A stretch of DNA of 64,000 bases from an uncultured Thermoguttaceae bacterium (GCA_938042245.1 CALIRO010000016.1:46004-110003); one strand, 5' to 3'; positions 16,904 through 26,255 are shown, numbered from the stretch's first letter. The notes: a model not told the origin generated them from the sequence alone. A program made the numbers and translations.

Positions 16904-18943
16904 CTAGGGGGCTTGGGCGTACAGGAGCACAAATCCCAGGCTGGGCAAGCTGGTTTGCAGGCGGCCTTCGGCAAACGGCACTTCCGTATCGGTGAACACG
17001 TTCCGTGCCCGGAGCGGTTTCGGATGGCCTAAGGCGGCAAGGTCCAATACCACCTCGGCCGGAAGCTCTTGGCCGGCGGTATTGACCACCACCGCCGCCA
17101 GCCCACGGCCTGGTCGATTGTACAGGCTTACCTTGATCTCCGGCCTGTTGGTTTTGATTCGGGTGTCCTGGGCCCAGTAGGGGATCCACTCGGCCTCATG
17201 TCGGCCAAACTCTTCCCAGAGCTTCCAGATTTTGGCGAGCTCTTCCAGGTCGTTCATGTTGCCGGGCCGGACCGGAACATCGTGCAGCAGGGCTACTGCC
17301 ATCGCTTCGGAACGTTTGAATGGTCCGGAGGCGTAATGGAGCAGTTCGGCCGGTACGCCCCAGTTTTTGCCCATGAATTCGGCCCGGAAGGCGTCCAACG
17401 GCAGGATTTCCATTAGCTGCTCGAAGTGTTCGGGCCGTTTGAGGCCTTGCAGTTGCTCGCCGTCCCAGTAGCTGGTGGCAAAGGCGAGGGTGGGGATCGT
17501 CATGCAGGTGGACTGATGAACATTGACCTGGCCGTCTGGCACGTGCTCCCGCACCAACGTGTAAATCCGCTTCATCATCGAACGGGTGGAAAAGATCGGG
17601 TAGGTTTTGCCCACGGAACCGTCCGGACGCTGGTAGCCGCAGCCGTGCTTGGTGTTGGCACATCCCCAGGGATTGGCTGTGCCGTCCAAATACACCCCGC
17701 TAATCGGATACTCTTTCAAGAGCTTTTCCAGATGGGCGGCAATAAAATCCTGCCAGATGCTTCGATAGCAGACGATGTAGGCCGTTTGGTCCGGCTCTGG
17801 TTGGTAGGTGCGTTTATAGCCGCCCGCCCTGGGGGCCACTAGACACAACTCATGATATCCAGGCCATTCCGGGGCGATCGTGCTCATCTCGTAGCCCAGG
17901 TAGAGCAGCAGTTGGATATTGCGCTTTTTGCACGCTTCGGCCAATCGGCGGAGTTTCTGGCCGTGGGTAGTGGCTGGGTATGCTTGAATATCTGTCCAGT
18001 GTTCATGAAAACACATCGTCCGCACTCCCGCCTGCACCAGCCGATCCAAAAACGCCTCGTCCACATTGTAACTGCCCATGTGCACGGTGCGGAAATCCCA
18101 GGCGTCCGGCTGGTCCGGCTTTACCGGAGTGGCCTGAAAACCGAAGGTGTATTCCAACGGCTGCTCCAACTTCTGTGGCTGGCTGATCAACAAAACCCGA
18201 AGCACCGCTTGGCTGCTGCGCCGAACAATCTGGATCGGCTGCACGCCCTTGGGATGGAAGAAGTTTCGGTCCGATTCGCTAAACCAGCTTAAGCCTCGCC
18301 ACTCGTCGCCCAGCCAGAAAAACGGCTTGAATTCGCTTTTCAGCCCTTCCGGCGGCAAGGCCCCGGAGTTATAAGAGCTTCCCCATCGGCCGGGATAAAA
18401 GTGAAAATATTTTGCATACTCGGCAGCCATCGGCATTTCTAAAACCAGTTCTTCCAGCGCCACAGGCTTTTGCTTTGGCCGAAGCACCAGATCGCAGCGA
18501 ATCATCCCGTCGAATTCCACGGTAATGTCGCCGTCACATTGCAGATGGGCTGAGTCGGCTTGCCCCTGGAGCCGGACCATCGAAGGCCGAACGTCCACCA
18601 ATTTGCCCGCCCCACCCGTCCACTGAATCTCTTGCCCTTGGGCCTTCCCAAGCAAAGTAATCGGACCAGCCAAGACCTGTTTTTGCCGGGTTTCTACTCC
18701 AGTGGGCAACGGCAAAGGCCCATCAAACCGGTACGAGCGGCCCCAGAGCTTCACTTGGCCGTCGGCGGCTTCCACCGGCGTCCACGGCGGCAGCAGTCGA
18801 TCGGTTATCCCCGCCTGACTGCCCTCCCACCACGGCTTGGCTAAGGCCTGTGCTTCGGCTGCCCCGGTTTCGCCTAGCCCGAGCAACACGACCCCCACCT
18901 TCACCCCAATCGCCGTAAACCACAAAGGAACTCGCACTTGCAT
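16904..18943 (-). CDS. Secreted glycoside-hydrolase-like protein (GH123/DUF4091-like by resemblance)
   Basis: The track ORF is 16904..19069. The likely start is ATG 18943 (GAGGAGAGGG upstream), giving MQVRVPLWFTAIGVKVGVVLLGLGETGAAEA (signal peptide). The body resembles planctomycete/verrucomicrobial 'glycoside hydrolase domain-containing' proteins (KLWGRSYRFDGPLPLPTGVETRQKQVLAGPITLLG...). The family assignment is from memory only. Confidence 0.6.
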   Translation of the reverse strand: MQVRVPLWFTAIGVKVGVVLLGLGETGAAEAQALAKPWWEGSQAGITDRLLPPWTPVEAADGQVKLWGRSYRFDGPLPLPTGVETRQKQVLAGPITLLGKAQGQEIQWTGGAGKLVDVRPSMVRLQGQADSAHLQCDGDITVEFDGMIRCDLVLRPKQKPVALEELVLEMPMAAEYAKYFHFYPGRWGSSYNSGALPPEGLKSEFKPFFWLGDEWRGLSWFSESDRNFFHPKGVQPIQIVRRSSQAVLRVLLISQPQKLEQPLEYTFGFQATPVKPDQPDAWDFRTVHMGSYNVDEAFLDRLVQAGVRTMCFHEHWTDIQAYPATTHGQKLRRLAEACKKRNIQLLLYLGYEMSTIAPEWPGYHELCLVAPRAGGYKRTYQPEPDQTAYIVCYRSIWQDFIAAHLEKLLKEYPISGVYLDGTANPWGCANTKHGCGYQRPDGSVGKTYPIFSTRSMMKRIYTLVREHVPDGQVNVHQSTCMTIPTLAFATSYWDGEQLQGLKRPEHFEQLMEILPLDAFRAEFMGKNWGVPAELLHYASGPFKRSEAMAVALLHDVPVRPGNMNDLEELAKIWKLWEEFGRHEAEWIPYWAQDTRIKTNRPEIKVSLYNRPGRGLAAVVVNTAGQELPAEVVLDLAALGHPKPLRARNVFTDTEVPFAEGRLQTSLPSLGFVLLYAQAP

Positions 18944-19434
18944 AGCCCTCTCCTCTCTAAAAAAATCTACAAATCTTCCAAAGCCCGGAACATCTTCCAG
19001 ATTGAATGCCCGTTCCTGGTGCCGTTCCGCCCGGATGACCACCGAGCGGGTAAACTCCGCCACCACCACCCGAGTGCCTTCCGGTGTCAGCTATTGCCAT
19101 TTGTCCGTCCAGGGGGCATAGGTCCGCCATCGGGCCGACTGGAGCCACTCGGACGGCAGGTTACTACTGGAGTATTCTCTCTGCTGGAAAAGCTGCTTGC
19201 AACCTATGGGAAAGAAAAGAAAGGAAGAAGGCATTAACCCCCTCGGAAGAAGGCTTAGCCCATGGAAGAAAAGAAAGACTGAATATCTAAGTAAACTTTG
19301 ACGATTGTTCCTATGGCGCAAACTCTGCGGGCAAGCTCTAGGTCTCTGCCTAGAGGCTGCCGGCAAGTAGGATTCCGCCAGCGACTGGTTAGCGACACCG
19401 ACCGGGGTGGGGGAAACCTAACGGATTGCTGTCT

Positions 19435-22400
19435 ATGAAGTTAGCTCAATGGCTGAAACGCTCATCGCTGACTTGGATAGGGCTCTGTGTACTAGGGGGG
19501 ATATTGGCGGGAGTGGTTCTCTATCTTATCCAAAAAGCCCAAGCTGCCGAGTTTAAAGCCTATTGTCTCTCTCACATTCCGGCCGAGCAGATCCAAACCA
19601 CCCTACAGGCTATCTTGCCAGAGGGAAGCGAACTTCTAGTGGATAGCCAAAAGAATCGGATTCTCATCAGCGGTTCTTCTCAGGCGCACCAGATCGCCCA
19701 CCAGGCGATAGCCACGTTGGATCGGCCTCCAGCGCCGCCGCCTCCAAAAAAAGACAATCCATCGGAAAAACCCCAACCGGCCCAGCCCGTCATGGCTGCT
19801 TATTCCTGCCCGGCCGATACTGCCCAGACCACGGCGGAGCGGCTCCGAAGCCAATGGGCCCATCAGGCCGAAGTCCGCATTGTGGCCGATCCTCGGACTT
19901 CCCAGGTATTAGTCTTAGCGCCGCCGGAAATTCAGCGTCAAATTGCCGCTCAATTGGGCCAAAATACCCAAGTGGGTTCTCATCCTGAGGTATCCTCCGG
20001 CAAATCAGGTGGTGGGAGGGCATCTGGTGCTCGGATTGCCCAAACTACTCAAACAGCTCATTCTTCCCAAACTTCCCAATCTGTCAGTTCTTTTGGGATT
20101 TCTCAACCTCCGGCAAATCCAGAACCAAGCCCGCCGGCAACGGGTTCCTCAGGCCAGACTCCCCAAACCCCAGGTCAAACGTCTTCTCCGGGGGCATCCG
20201 GAGTCGGCACCCGCCAGAGCCAAACTGTCCAGCTCTGGCAGACCCATGCCCAGGCGGTGGAATCGGCGTTGGTAGAAATGTTAGGCACTCGGATGGAACC
20301 GATGGGTTCCGGCCAGTATCGGTTGCATGTGTCGGGTGGTCGGGAGTTACAGCTACAGTTCGATCCCCAGGCGGATCGGATTTTGGTTCAGGGAACTCCT
20401 TCGGCGGTGGAGGCATCGGTCCGCTTGTTACATGCTTTGGATGTTCCAATGGATGCCAGTGGTGTGCAGACTCGGGTGGTCCCATTATCTTCAGCCGGTT
20501 CGGACCATTTTCAGCGGGCTGTGCGGGCTATTCAGACAAGCCAGAAACTGCCGTCAGTTCAAAATACATCGGATACATCGGATAGTAAATTTGGAGAAGA
20601 AAAATATTCTGTAGAATCTAGACAAACTGGTCAAACCTACTCTGCCCAAATAGAACCTTCTGCCCTGGCTCAAGCAGGGGCTCCTGGGGGGGCCGCTCCG
20701 GCAGGTGGAGCCCCTGCTGGGGCAGAACCGGCTGTTTCGGCCATTCCTCCCGCCGGGGGGCAGCCACCGACTCCCCCCGCTGGGCCTGGCTTGCCGACTA
20801 CTCCAGCTGCACCGATGCTTCCTGGCACTGCCGCTCCCGGTGGTCCAGAACCAACAGTGCCGGAGACTGCTGCCCAACCTGGGACCGAAGGCCTCGGGGG
20901 CGCCCAGCCTGGAGCCAAACCGGGCCAACCCGAACCTGAAGTAGGCCAACAAGGCGCCGAAAAACCCGCTGTCATGGGCCCGGTTCAAGTGCAACTTTTG
21001 GAGGGGCTGGACGTTTTAGTCATCCGGGGCTTGCGCCGGGATGTCGAACAGGTTTTATCGGTCATCCAGCAGATCGAACAATTAGCCAAGGTTACCGAGC
21101 CGGTCATCGAAATCTATCCGCTTCGCTACGTGGATTGTGAGGCGGTGGCTACGCTGGTCCAGCAGCTCTACACGGCCATCTATGAGCCTCGGCAGGGGAT
21201 TGTCAGTGTAACCGCCCTGGTCAAGCCGAACGCCTTGCTGCTGATTGGTCCTCGGGGCAATGTGGATAAGGTGCTCAATCTGGTACGGAAGTTGGATGCG
21301 CCGGTGCCGCCGGAGACGCAGTTTCGGGTATTTCGGCTCAAACATGCGGCGGCCGAGACGGTGCAGGCCCAGATTCAGCAGTTTTACGCGCAGCGGGGGG
21401 GTTTGGGGGTCCGGGTGATTGTTACTTCGGATTTCCGTTCGAATTCGTTGGTGGTGATGGCTCGGCCTAGAGACATGGTGGAAATTGCTGCGCTGATAGA
21501 ACGGCTGGACACCGACACCAGCGAAGCGGAACACGAGATTCGGGTTTTCAAGCTCCAAAACACGTTGGCCGAGGATTTGGCGCCGATCATCCAGGCAGCG
21601 ATTGGAGCTGGGCAGGCGGCGGCGCCGGCACCCGGGCAAGCGGCAGCGGCCCAAGCCGGAGCCCCAGAAACCAAATCCACCGTTTTGAGTTTTGTTACCG
21701 TCGATGCCCAAGGCCGACGCCTTTTAAAATCCGGCATTTTGACCGGCGTGCGCATTACGGCCGACGCTCGGAGCAATTCCTTGGTGGTCTCTGCCCCGGC
21801 AAAAAACATGCCGCTTTTGGAGGCGTTGATTCGCCAGTTGGATGTGCTGCCGGCGGCAGAAGCGCAGATTAAAGTCTTTACGATTGTCAACGGCGATGCC
21901 AGCAGTTTAGCCGAAATGCTTCAGGCCCTTTTTGCTACCCAGGCAGGTGGGGCGCCTGCTGGCGTGCAACTGCAGAACATCGCTGTGCAGGGGGAAAGTT
22001 CCCTGGTGCCGCTTCGGTTTGCGGTGGATGTTCGCACCAACAGCATCATTGCCGTCGGGACACCTGGTTTTCTTAGTGTGGTGGAAGCCATTTTGCTTCG
22101 GCTAGACGAAGCCGAGGTGCGGGCCCGGAAGAGTTTGGTCTATCGGCTCCGGAATGCACCGGCGGCGGATGTAGCCAATGCCCTGAATGAGTTTCTGCGA
22201 AGTGAACGTCAAGTGCAGCAGGTGGCTCCGGGCCTAGTCAGTGCCTTTGAACAGATTGAGCGGGAAGTGGTGGTCGTGCCGGAAATTGTTAGCAACAGCC
22301 TGATCGTTAGCGCCACGCCGCGATTTTACGACGAGATAGTTCGGCTTATCGAGGACCTGGACAAACGTCCGCCGATGGTGCTCATCCAGGTGCTCATTGC

Positions 22401-23967
22401 TGAGGTCGCTTTGAATAATGTGGACGAGTTCGGCGTGGAGTTGGGCTTGCAGGATTCGATCCTGTTTGACCGGAGTGTGCTGACCAATGTCGTTACTCGG
22501 TCGGTTACGACGACATTGCCCAACGGCACGCAGACGACCACCCAGGAGATTATCAGTGCCAATATCGAGCCAGGCTTCAACTTCAACAATCAGCCGCTAG
22601 GTAATAGCGGGGCCTCCAAAGCCACAGCCCATGCGGACGTGATCGGCACGCAGGGGTTGAGCCATTTCGGACTAGGTCGCCTGAACAGCGAGTTGGGCTT
22701 TGGCGGACTGGTGTTGTCGGCCTCCAGCGAAAGCGTGAGCATTTTGCTCCGGGCTTTAAAGGACAGCCGACGCATGGACATCCTGGCCCGGCCCCAACTG
22801 ATGACCCTGGACAATCAGCCAGCATTTATTCAGGTTGGGCAAGAGGTGCCCACCATTCGGGGGGTAACCATTACGCAGACCGGCCAGGTCAATAATGTGG
22901 ATTATGCCAGTGTAGGGTTGATCCTGGGGGTAACGCCTCGGATTAGCCCGGATGGGTTGGTAGTGATGGAAATCGACGCCGTTAAAAGCGAAGTCGGGCC
23001 GGAAGCCGAGGGGATTCCGATCTCGATCTCGGCCACTGGGGAAATCATCCGTTCGCCCCGGATTAACACCACCCGAGCACAGACGACGGTCAGTGCCCTA
23101 AACGGACAGACCATTGTGCTGGGCGGGCTAATCACGCGCAGTTCGTCGAAGATTCATCGCCGGGTGCCGGTCCTTTCGGACATTCCCGTAGTGGGGAACC
23201 TGTTTCGATACGACAATGTAACCACGAAACGGACAGAACTTTTGATCATTATGACGCCTCATATCGTCAATAACGAGCAGGACGCCGACCGGGTGCGCCA
23301 GATGGAGGCTGCGCGGATGAGCTGGTGCTTGGGCGATGTGGTGGCCATTCATGGAGACGGCGGTCTGCGAGGCCGAGGCGATGACTGGGGCGACGACGAA
23401 GTGCCGACCGTCTATCCGGACCTGGCGCCCACGGCCGATCAGTTGCCCCCCAGCCGGAGGCGTCTCCGCCAACTCCGAGACCGGGCAGGCCGATGGGTCT
23501 TCCCCCAGAATCGGCTAGAACCCCGTCGAGATTTGGGGCCAATGGGTTCGGCTTGTGAGGGCCCGCCGTGTCGGCCTGTACCCTGGGCAGCAGGATCGGC
23601 AGGTGCTGGCGGGGCAATGCCGGAAGGCGGGGGGGAACCGCTACCTGGACAAATCCTGCCTCCTCCGGGGCCGACTCCGGCACCTTCCGGCCACCCCCAG
23701 GCGCCGGAGCTCCTGCCGACCCCGCCGCCGGAACCGAGGTCGGCTGCTGCTGGGCAGGCAGAACCGGTAGCCCCCGCCCATGACGGATTTTCTGCCTCCG
23801 CCGCAGAATTTTTGCCCCAGCAGAAACCCGGGCCTTGGGAGAAGATCCGTGCCCGGCTGGCACGAAATAATCCCTCCGGCACGCCAACCACCCTGCCGGA
23901 CGGTACCATGGTGATTGAAAAACCCTTGACGCCTTATGAAGCCACCAACAGCGATAGACCACGATGA
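19435..23967 (+). CDS. Giant secretin (type II/IV secretion-system secretin family) with many N-domain repeats and a Pro-rich C-terminal tail
   Basis: The track ORF is 19426..23967 (TTG); ATG 19435 gives MKLAQWLKRSSLTWIGLCVLGGILAGVVLYLI (anchor/signal). There are five clear Secretin_N-type modules (e.g. IRVFKLQNTLAEDLAPIIQ...SNSLVVSAPAKNMPLLEALIRQLD) plus more divergent N-terminal ones. The secretin core runs PMVLIQVLIAEVALNNVDEFGVELGLQD ... VPVLSDIPVVGNLFR ... TELLIIMTPHIV. A ~250-aa P/G/A-rich tail follows. Confidence 0.9.
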   Translation: MKLAQWLKRSSLTWIGLCVLGGILAGVVLYLIQKAQAAEFKAYCLSHIPAEQIQTTLQAILPEGSELLVDSQKNRILISGSSQAHQIAHQAIATLDRPPAPPPPKKDNPSEKPQPAQPVMAAYSCPADTAQTTAERLRSQWAHQAEVRIVADPRTSQVLVLAPPEIQRQIAAQLGQNTQVGSHPEVSSGKSGGGRASGARIAQTTQTAHSSQTSQSVSSFGISQPPANPEPSPPATGSSGQTPQTPGQTSSPGASGVGTRQSQTVQLWQTHAQAVESALVEMLGTRMEPMGSGQYRLHVSGGRELQLQFDPQADRILVQGTPSAVEASVRLLHALDVPMDASGVQTRVVPLSSAGSDHFQRAVRAIQTSQKLPSVQNTSDTSDSKFGEEKYSVESRQTGQTYSAQIEPSALAQAGAPGGAAPAGGAPAGAEPAVSAIPPAGGQPPTPPAGPGLPTTPAAPMLPGTAAPGGPEPTVPETAAQPGTEGLGGAQPGAKPGQPEPEVGQQGAEKPAVMGPVQVQLLEGLDVLVIRGLRRDVEQVLSVIQQIEQLAKVTEPVIEIYPLRYVDCEAVATLVQQLYTAIYEPRQGIVSVTALVKPNALLLIGPRGNVDKVLNLVRKLDAPVPPETQFRVFRLKHAAAETVQAQIQQFYAQRGGLGVRVIVTSDFRSNSLVVMARPRDMVEIAALIERLDTDTSEAEHEIRVFKLQNTLAEDLAPIIQAAIGAGQAAAPAPGQAAAAQAGAPETKSTVLSFVTVDAQGRRLLKSGILTGVRITADARSNSLVVSAPAKNMPLLEALIRQLDVLPAAEAQIKVFTIVNGDASSLAEMLQALFATQAGGAPAGVQLQNIAVQGESSLVPLRFAVDVRTNSIIAVGTPGFLSVVEAILLRLDEAEVRARKSLVYRLRNAPAADVANALNEFLRSERQVQQVAPGLVSAFEQIEREVVVVPEIVSNSLIVSATPRFYDEIVRLIEDLDKRPPMVLIQVLIAEVALNNVDEFGVELGLQDSILFDRSVLTNVVTRSVTTTLPNGTQTTTQEIISANIEPGFNFNNQPLGNSGASKATAHADVIGTQGLSHFGLGRLNSELGFGGLVLSASSESVSILLRALKDSRRMDILARPQLMTLDNQPAFIQVGQEVPTIRGVTITQTGQVNNVDYASVGLILGVTPRISPDGLVVMEIDAVKSEVGPEAEGIPISISATGEIIRSPRINTTRAQTTVSALNGQTIVLGGLITRSSSKIHRRVPVLSDIPVVGNLFRYDNVTTKRTELLIIMTPHIVNNEQDADRVRQMEAARMSWCLGDVVAIHGDGGLRGRGDDWGDDEVPTVYPDLAPTADQLPPSRRRLRQLRDRAGRWVFPQNRLEPRRDLGPMGSACEGPPCRPVPWAAGSAGAGGAMPEGGGEPLPGQILPPPGPTPAPSGHPQAPELLPTPPPEPRSAAAGQAEPVAPAHDGFSASAAEFLPQQKPGPWEKIRARLARNNPSGTPTTLPDGTMVIEKPLTPYEATNSDRPR

Positions 23968-24004
23968 CTCGGTGTCTCGAAACAAGCCGGAATAAAACCA
24001 AAGC

Positions 24005-24114
24005 GGATCGAAATAGGAATCGTTTTTTTTCAAATTAGGGCCCCTGATCTAGTCGGCCAATGGCTGGCTGTTAAACAGGGATCGAAACAGGAATCTTTTT
24101 TTTCAAATTAGGGC
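24005..24114 (+). repeat. Two copies of a ~36-bp direct repeat, 74 bp apart
   Basis: Copy 1 is ggatcgaaataggaatcgttttttttcaaattagggc (24005-24041). Copy 2 is ggatcgaaacaggaatcttttttttcaaattagggc (24079-24114). They lie in the 164-bp spacer between the secretin stop and the next ATG. Confidence 0.8.
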
Positions 24115-24131
24115 AGAATAGGATAGATGCC

Positions 24132-25430
24132 ATGAAATATCAACTGCTAGGGATGTGGAGTGTTGGGTTGTGGATGGTGATGGGCAGTGTGGGTTGGGGG
24201 CAGCTATTGGATTTCGATTTGCGCCGGAACATTCCTTGGCGGATTGGGGAGGTGGTTCCGCCGAAGACGCCGACGAAGATCGTGGCCATTTGGACGGATG
24301 CGGTGTTGCATCAGCCGGGCAGGCCCCCTACTCGAGGGTTCGGGGGGCGACTGATGTTCTACGGCCCGGATGAAAGCAACCCGATCAAGGTAGATGGGAC
24401 GCTGGTGGTCTATGCTTTTGACGAGGAGGGGCGCTCGCCTACCGATGTCAAGCCGGACCGAAAATATGTCTTTCCGCCCGACCAATTCGCCCGGCATTAT
24501 AGCAAATCGAAGCTCGGCCATTCGTACAGCATCTGGATTCCCTGGGACGAAGTCGGTGGGCCACGCAAGGAAATCAGTCTGATCGCCCGGTTTATTCCAA
24601 AAAATGGGGCCGCCATTGTCAGCGGCCAATCTCGCCAGATCTTGCCAGGCGTAGCTCCGGCAGAAGAGGCCGTTTCTTCGGCCGGTCCGGGTTCCTCTGG
24701 GGCTGGAGGCTGGCCCAGTACGAGCAGCATGCAAGCCCCAAGGCCAACGACGCCCTCTTGGCCCGAGCCGCCAAGCCAAACTCCTAGCTCACCCTCCCCA
24801 GCAGAAACCGCAGGAAAACAAAATCTCCACCCCCATTCGATTCTCCCCGAAGCCCCCAACATTTCTTTGCCGGAAAGCTCTCCCTCAGGGCTGGTTCCGG
24901 AGGCAGGAGTCGTGCCGGGCGTCAATCCCCTTCGCACAACCCATTATGAGGAACTATCCGCCCCAATGGCAGCACCAACCCAAACGGCTCCGAAGACCCC
25001 AGGCATGCGCAGTGCTACTATTCCGATTCCGTCGCCACTAATCCGGCCGAACAGCGCCTCATCTTTGCCATCCTATGGTCCTACCCCATATGGTTCGACG
25101 GTTCGGCCTAACCCAGGGACCGTTCCAGCTGCCGAAGTTCCGGCCGGCAACCCAGAGGAGGTGTACTCCAGGGCCTCAAACAGAACCTCTTGGCCGACCC
25201 CAGATACGCCTTCTACCCCCACGGGCCCGCAAAGGACAAGGGGTATCTCTTATCCCGACGGCGTAGGGGCTGGCGGTTCGGCTAGGGATTCTGCCCAGGC
25301 TCAGGGGCAGACTGGCCGGTGGACGCCCGGCCGACCTCTAATTCGTTCTGGACCGATCGGACCCCAGGCTCCAGCAGGAGCCATTGGGCCGCAAGCTCGC
25401 GATCGTGCTGGCTTGCCACCACTCCCCTAA
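24132..25430 (+). CDS. Secreted protein of unknown function (structured N-terminal ~170 aa + Pro/Ser-rich tail)
   Basis: 432 aa. The signal peptide is MKYQLLGMWSVGLWMVMGSVGWG. A non-repetitive N-domain follows (..IVAIWTDAVLHQPGRPPTRGFGGRLMFYGPDESNPIKVDGTLVVYAFDEEGR..). The remainder is a low-complexity P/S/T/G tail whose last ~150 nt overlap the convergent BON gene. Confidence 0.6.
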   Translation: MKYQLLGMWSVGLWMVMGSVGWGQLLDFDLRRNIPWRIGEVVPPKTPTKIVAIWTDAVLHQPGRPPTRGFGGRLMFYGPDESNPIKVDGTLVVYAFDEEGRSPTDVKPDRKYVFPPDQFARHYSKSKLGHSYSIWIPWDEVGGPRKEISLIARFIPKNGAAIVSGQSRQILPGVAPAEEAVSSAGPGSSGAGGWPSTSSMQAPRPTTPSWPEPPSQTPSSPSPAETAGKQNLHPHSILPEAPNISLPESSPSGLVPEAGVVPGVNPLRTTHYEELSAPMAAPTQTAPKTPGMRSATIPIPSPLIRPNSASSLPSYGPTPYGSTVRPNPGTVPAAEVPAGNPEEVYSRASNRTSWPTPDTPSTPTGPQRTRGISYPDGVGAGGSARDSAQAQGQTGRWTPGRPLIRSGPIGPQAPAGAIGPQARDRAGLPPLP

Positions 25431-26121
25431 GCACGGCGGTGCCATCCTCCGCCAGGAGGACCTGGATCGGCTGGATGGTCTGAATCCGTTTGCTTTGGCC
25501 GATTTTGGCGGTTAGGGTTTGACTGAGCACCGCTGGGGGAGCTGCCTGAGGGGGTTCAAAGCCCAGTTCCACCGCCACAGCCAGTGGGGGAGCGGATCGG
25601 CTGCCTCGGCCAGTTCGGCCGGGGCCCCCACCGCCAGGTTGGTTGCCCGGTTGATTGACTCGGCTTCGGCCCTGGCCGGAAATGGCCCGGGCGTTGAAGT
25701 TCTGGGTGCTCATTGTCCGGGCGCCGGAACCAAGGGTGCTCAGAATGCCGCTCACATCCTGCGTATCAGCCCCGACGAACTGGCCCGGTTGCCGGGCGCC
25801 CCGCATAAATCGCTCTGTACCGGTCAATTGCAGGCTGCCGGTGCCGGTTCCCAGACCAGAGCGGCCAAGACTGCTGCCGGTGCCTAGGGTGCCGGTCCGG
25901 CCTAAACTCGACGAACCAAATCCGGAAAGGCTGGTCCTACCCAAGCCGGTTCCGCCCAGACTCGAACCGGAGAAAGTTCGGGTCCCCGCCGTGGGAAAGC
26001 CGCCCATTGTCCGACTGCCGAACATCGTCTGCCGGGAGGTAGCACTCAACTGCCCGAAGGCCTCCATTTGCATTCCCAGCACGGCCAGCAGGAGGAGACC
26101 GAGAAAAAGGGTTTGTTTCAT
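25282..26121 (-). CDS. Secreted BON-domain protein
   Basis: The track ORF is 25282..26166. The likely start is ATG 26121 (AAGGAG 9 nt upstream), giving MKQTLFLGLLLLAVLGMQMEAFGQ. A G/S/T-rich repeat region follows. The C-terminal IQPIQVLLAEDGTAVLRGVVASQHDRELAAQWLLLEPGVRSVQNELEV fits the BON domain pattern. Confidence 0.8.
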   Translation of the reverse strand: MKQTLFLGLLLLAVLGMQMEAFGQLSATSRQTMFGSRTMGGFPTAGTRTFSGSSLGGTGLGRTSLSGFGSSSLGRTGTLGTGSSLGRSGLGTGTGSLQLTGTERFMRGARQPGQFVGADTQDVSGILSTLGSGARTMSTQNFNARAISGQGRSRVNQPGNQPGGGGPGRTGRGSRSAPPLAVAVELGFEPPQAAPPAVLSQTLTAKIGQSKRIQTIQPIQVLLAEDGTAVLRGVVASQHDRELAAQWLLLEPGVRSVQNELEVGRASTGQSAPEPGQNP

Positions 26122-26255
26122 GGTTGACGGCTCCTTGAAGAAGGCCCCCGCCCATTCATTTTTCACTTAGAAAGGGAATAGCCTGGAAAGATTTTCGGAG
26201 TGTGGGGTGGGCAGAGGAAAACTCTGTTTGGGTTTTAGGAGTGCGTTATTTATTT

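Noticed and set aside
16720-16995. The 91-aa + ORF starting inside the triple-GTTCA element.
   Set aside because: Only the first ~10 codons are shared with the second copy of the element. The remainder runs through a REP unit and antisense into the 3' end of the glycoside-hydrolase-like gene.
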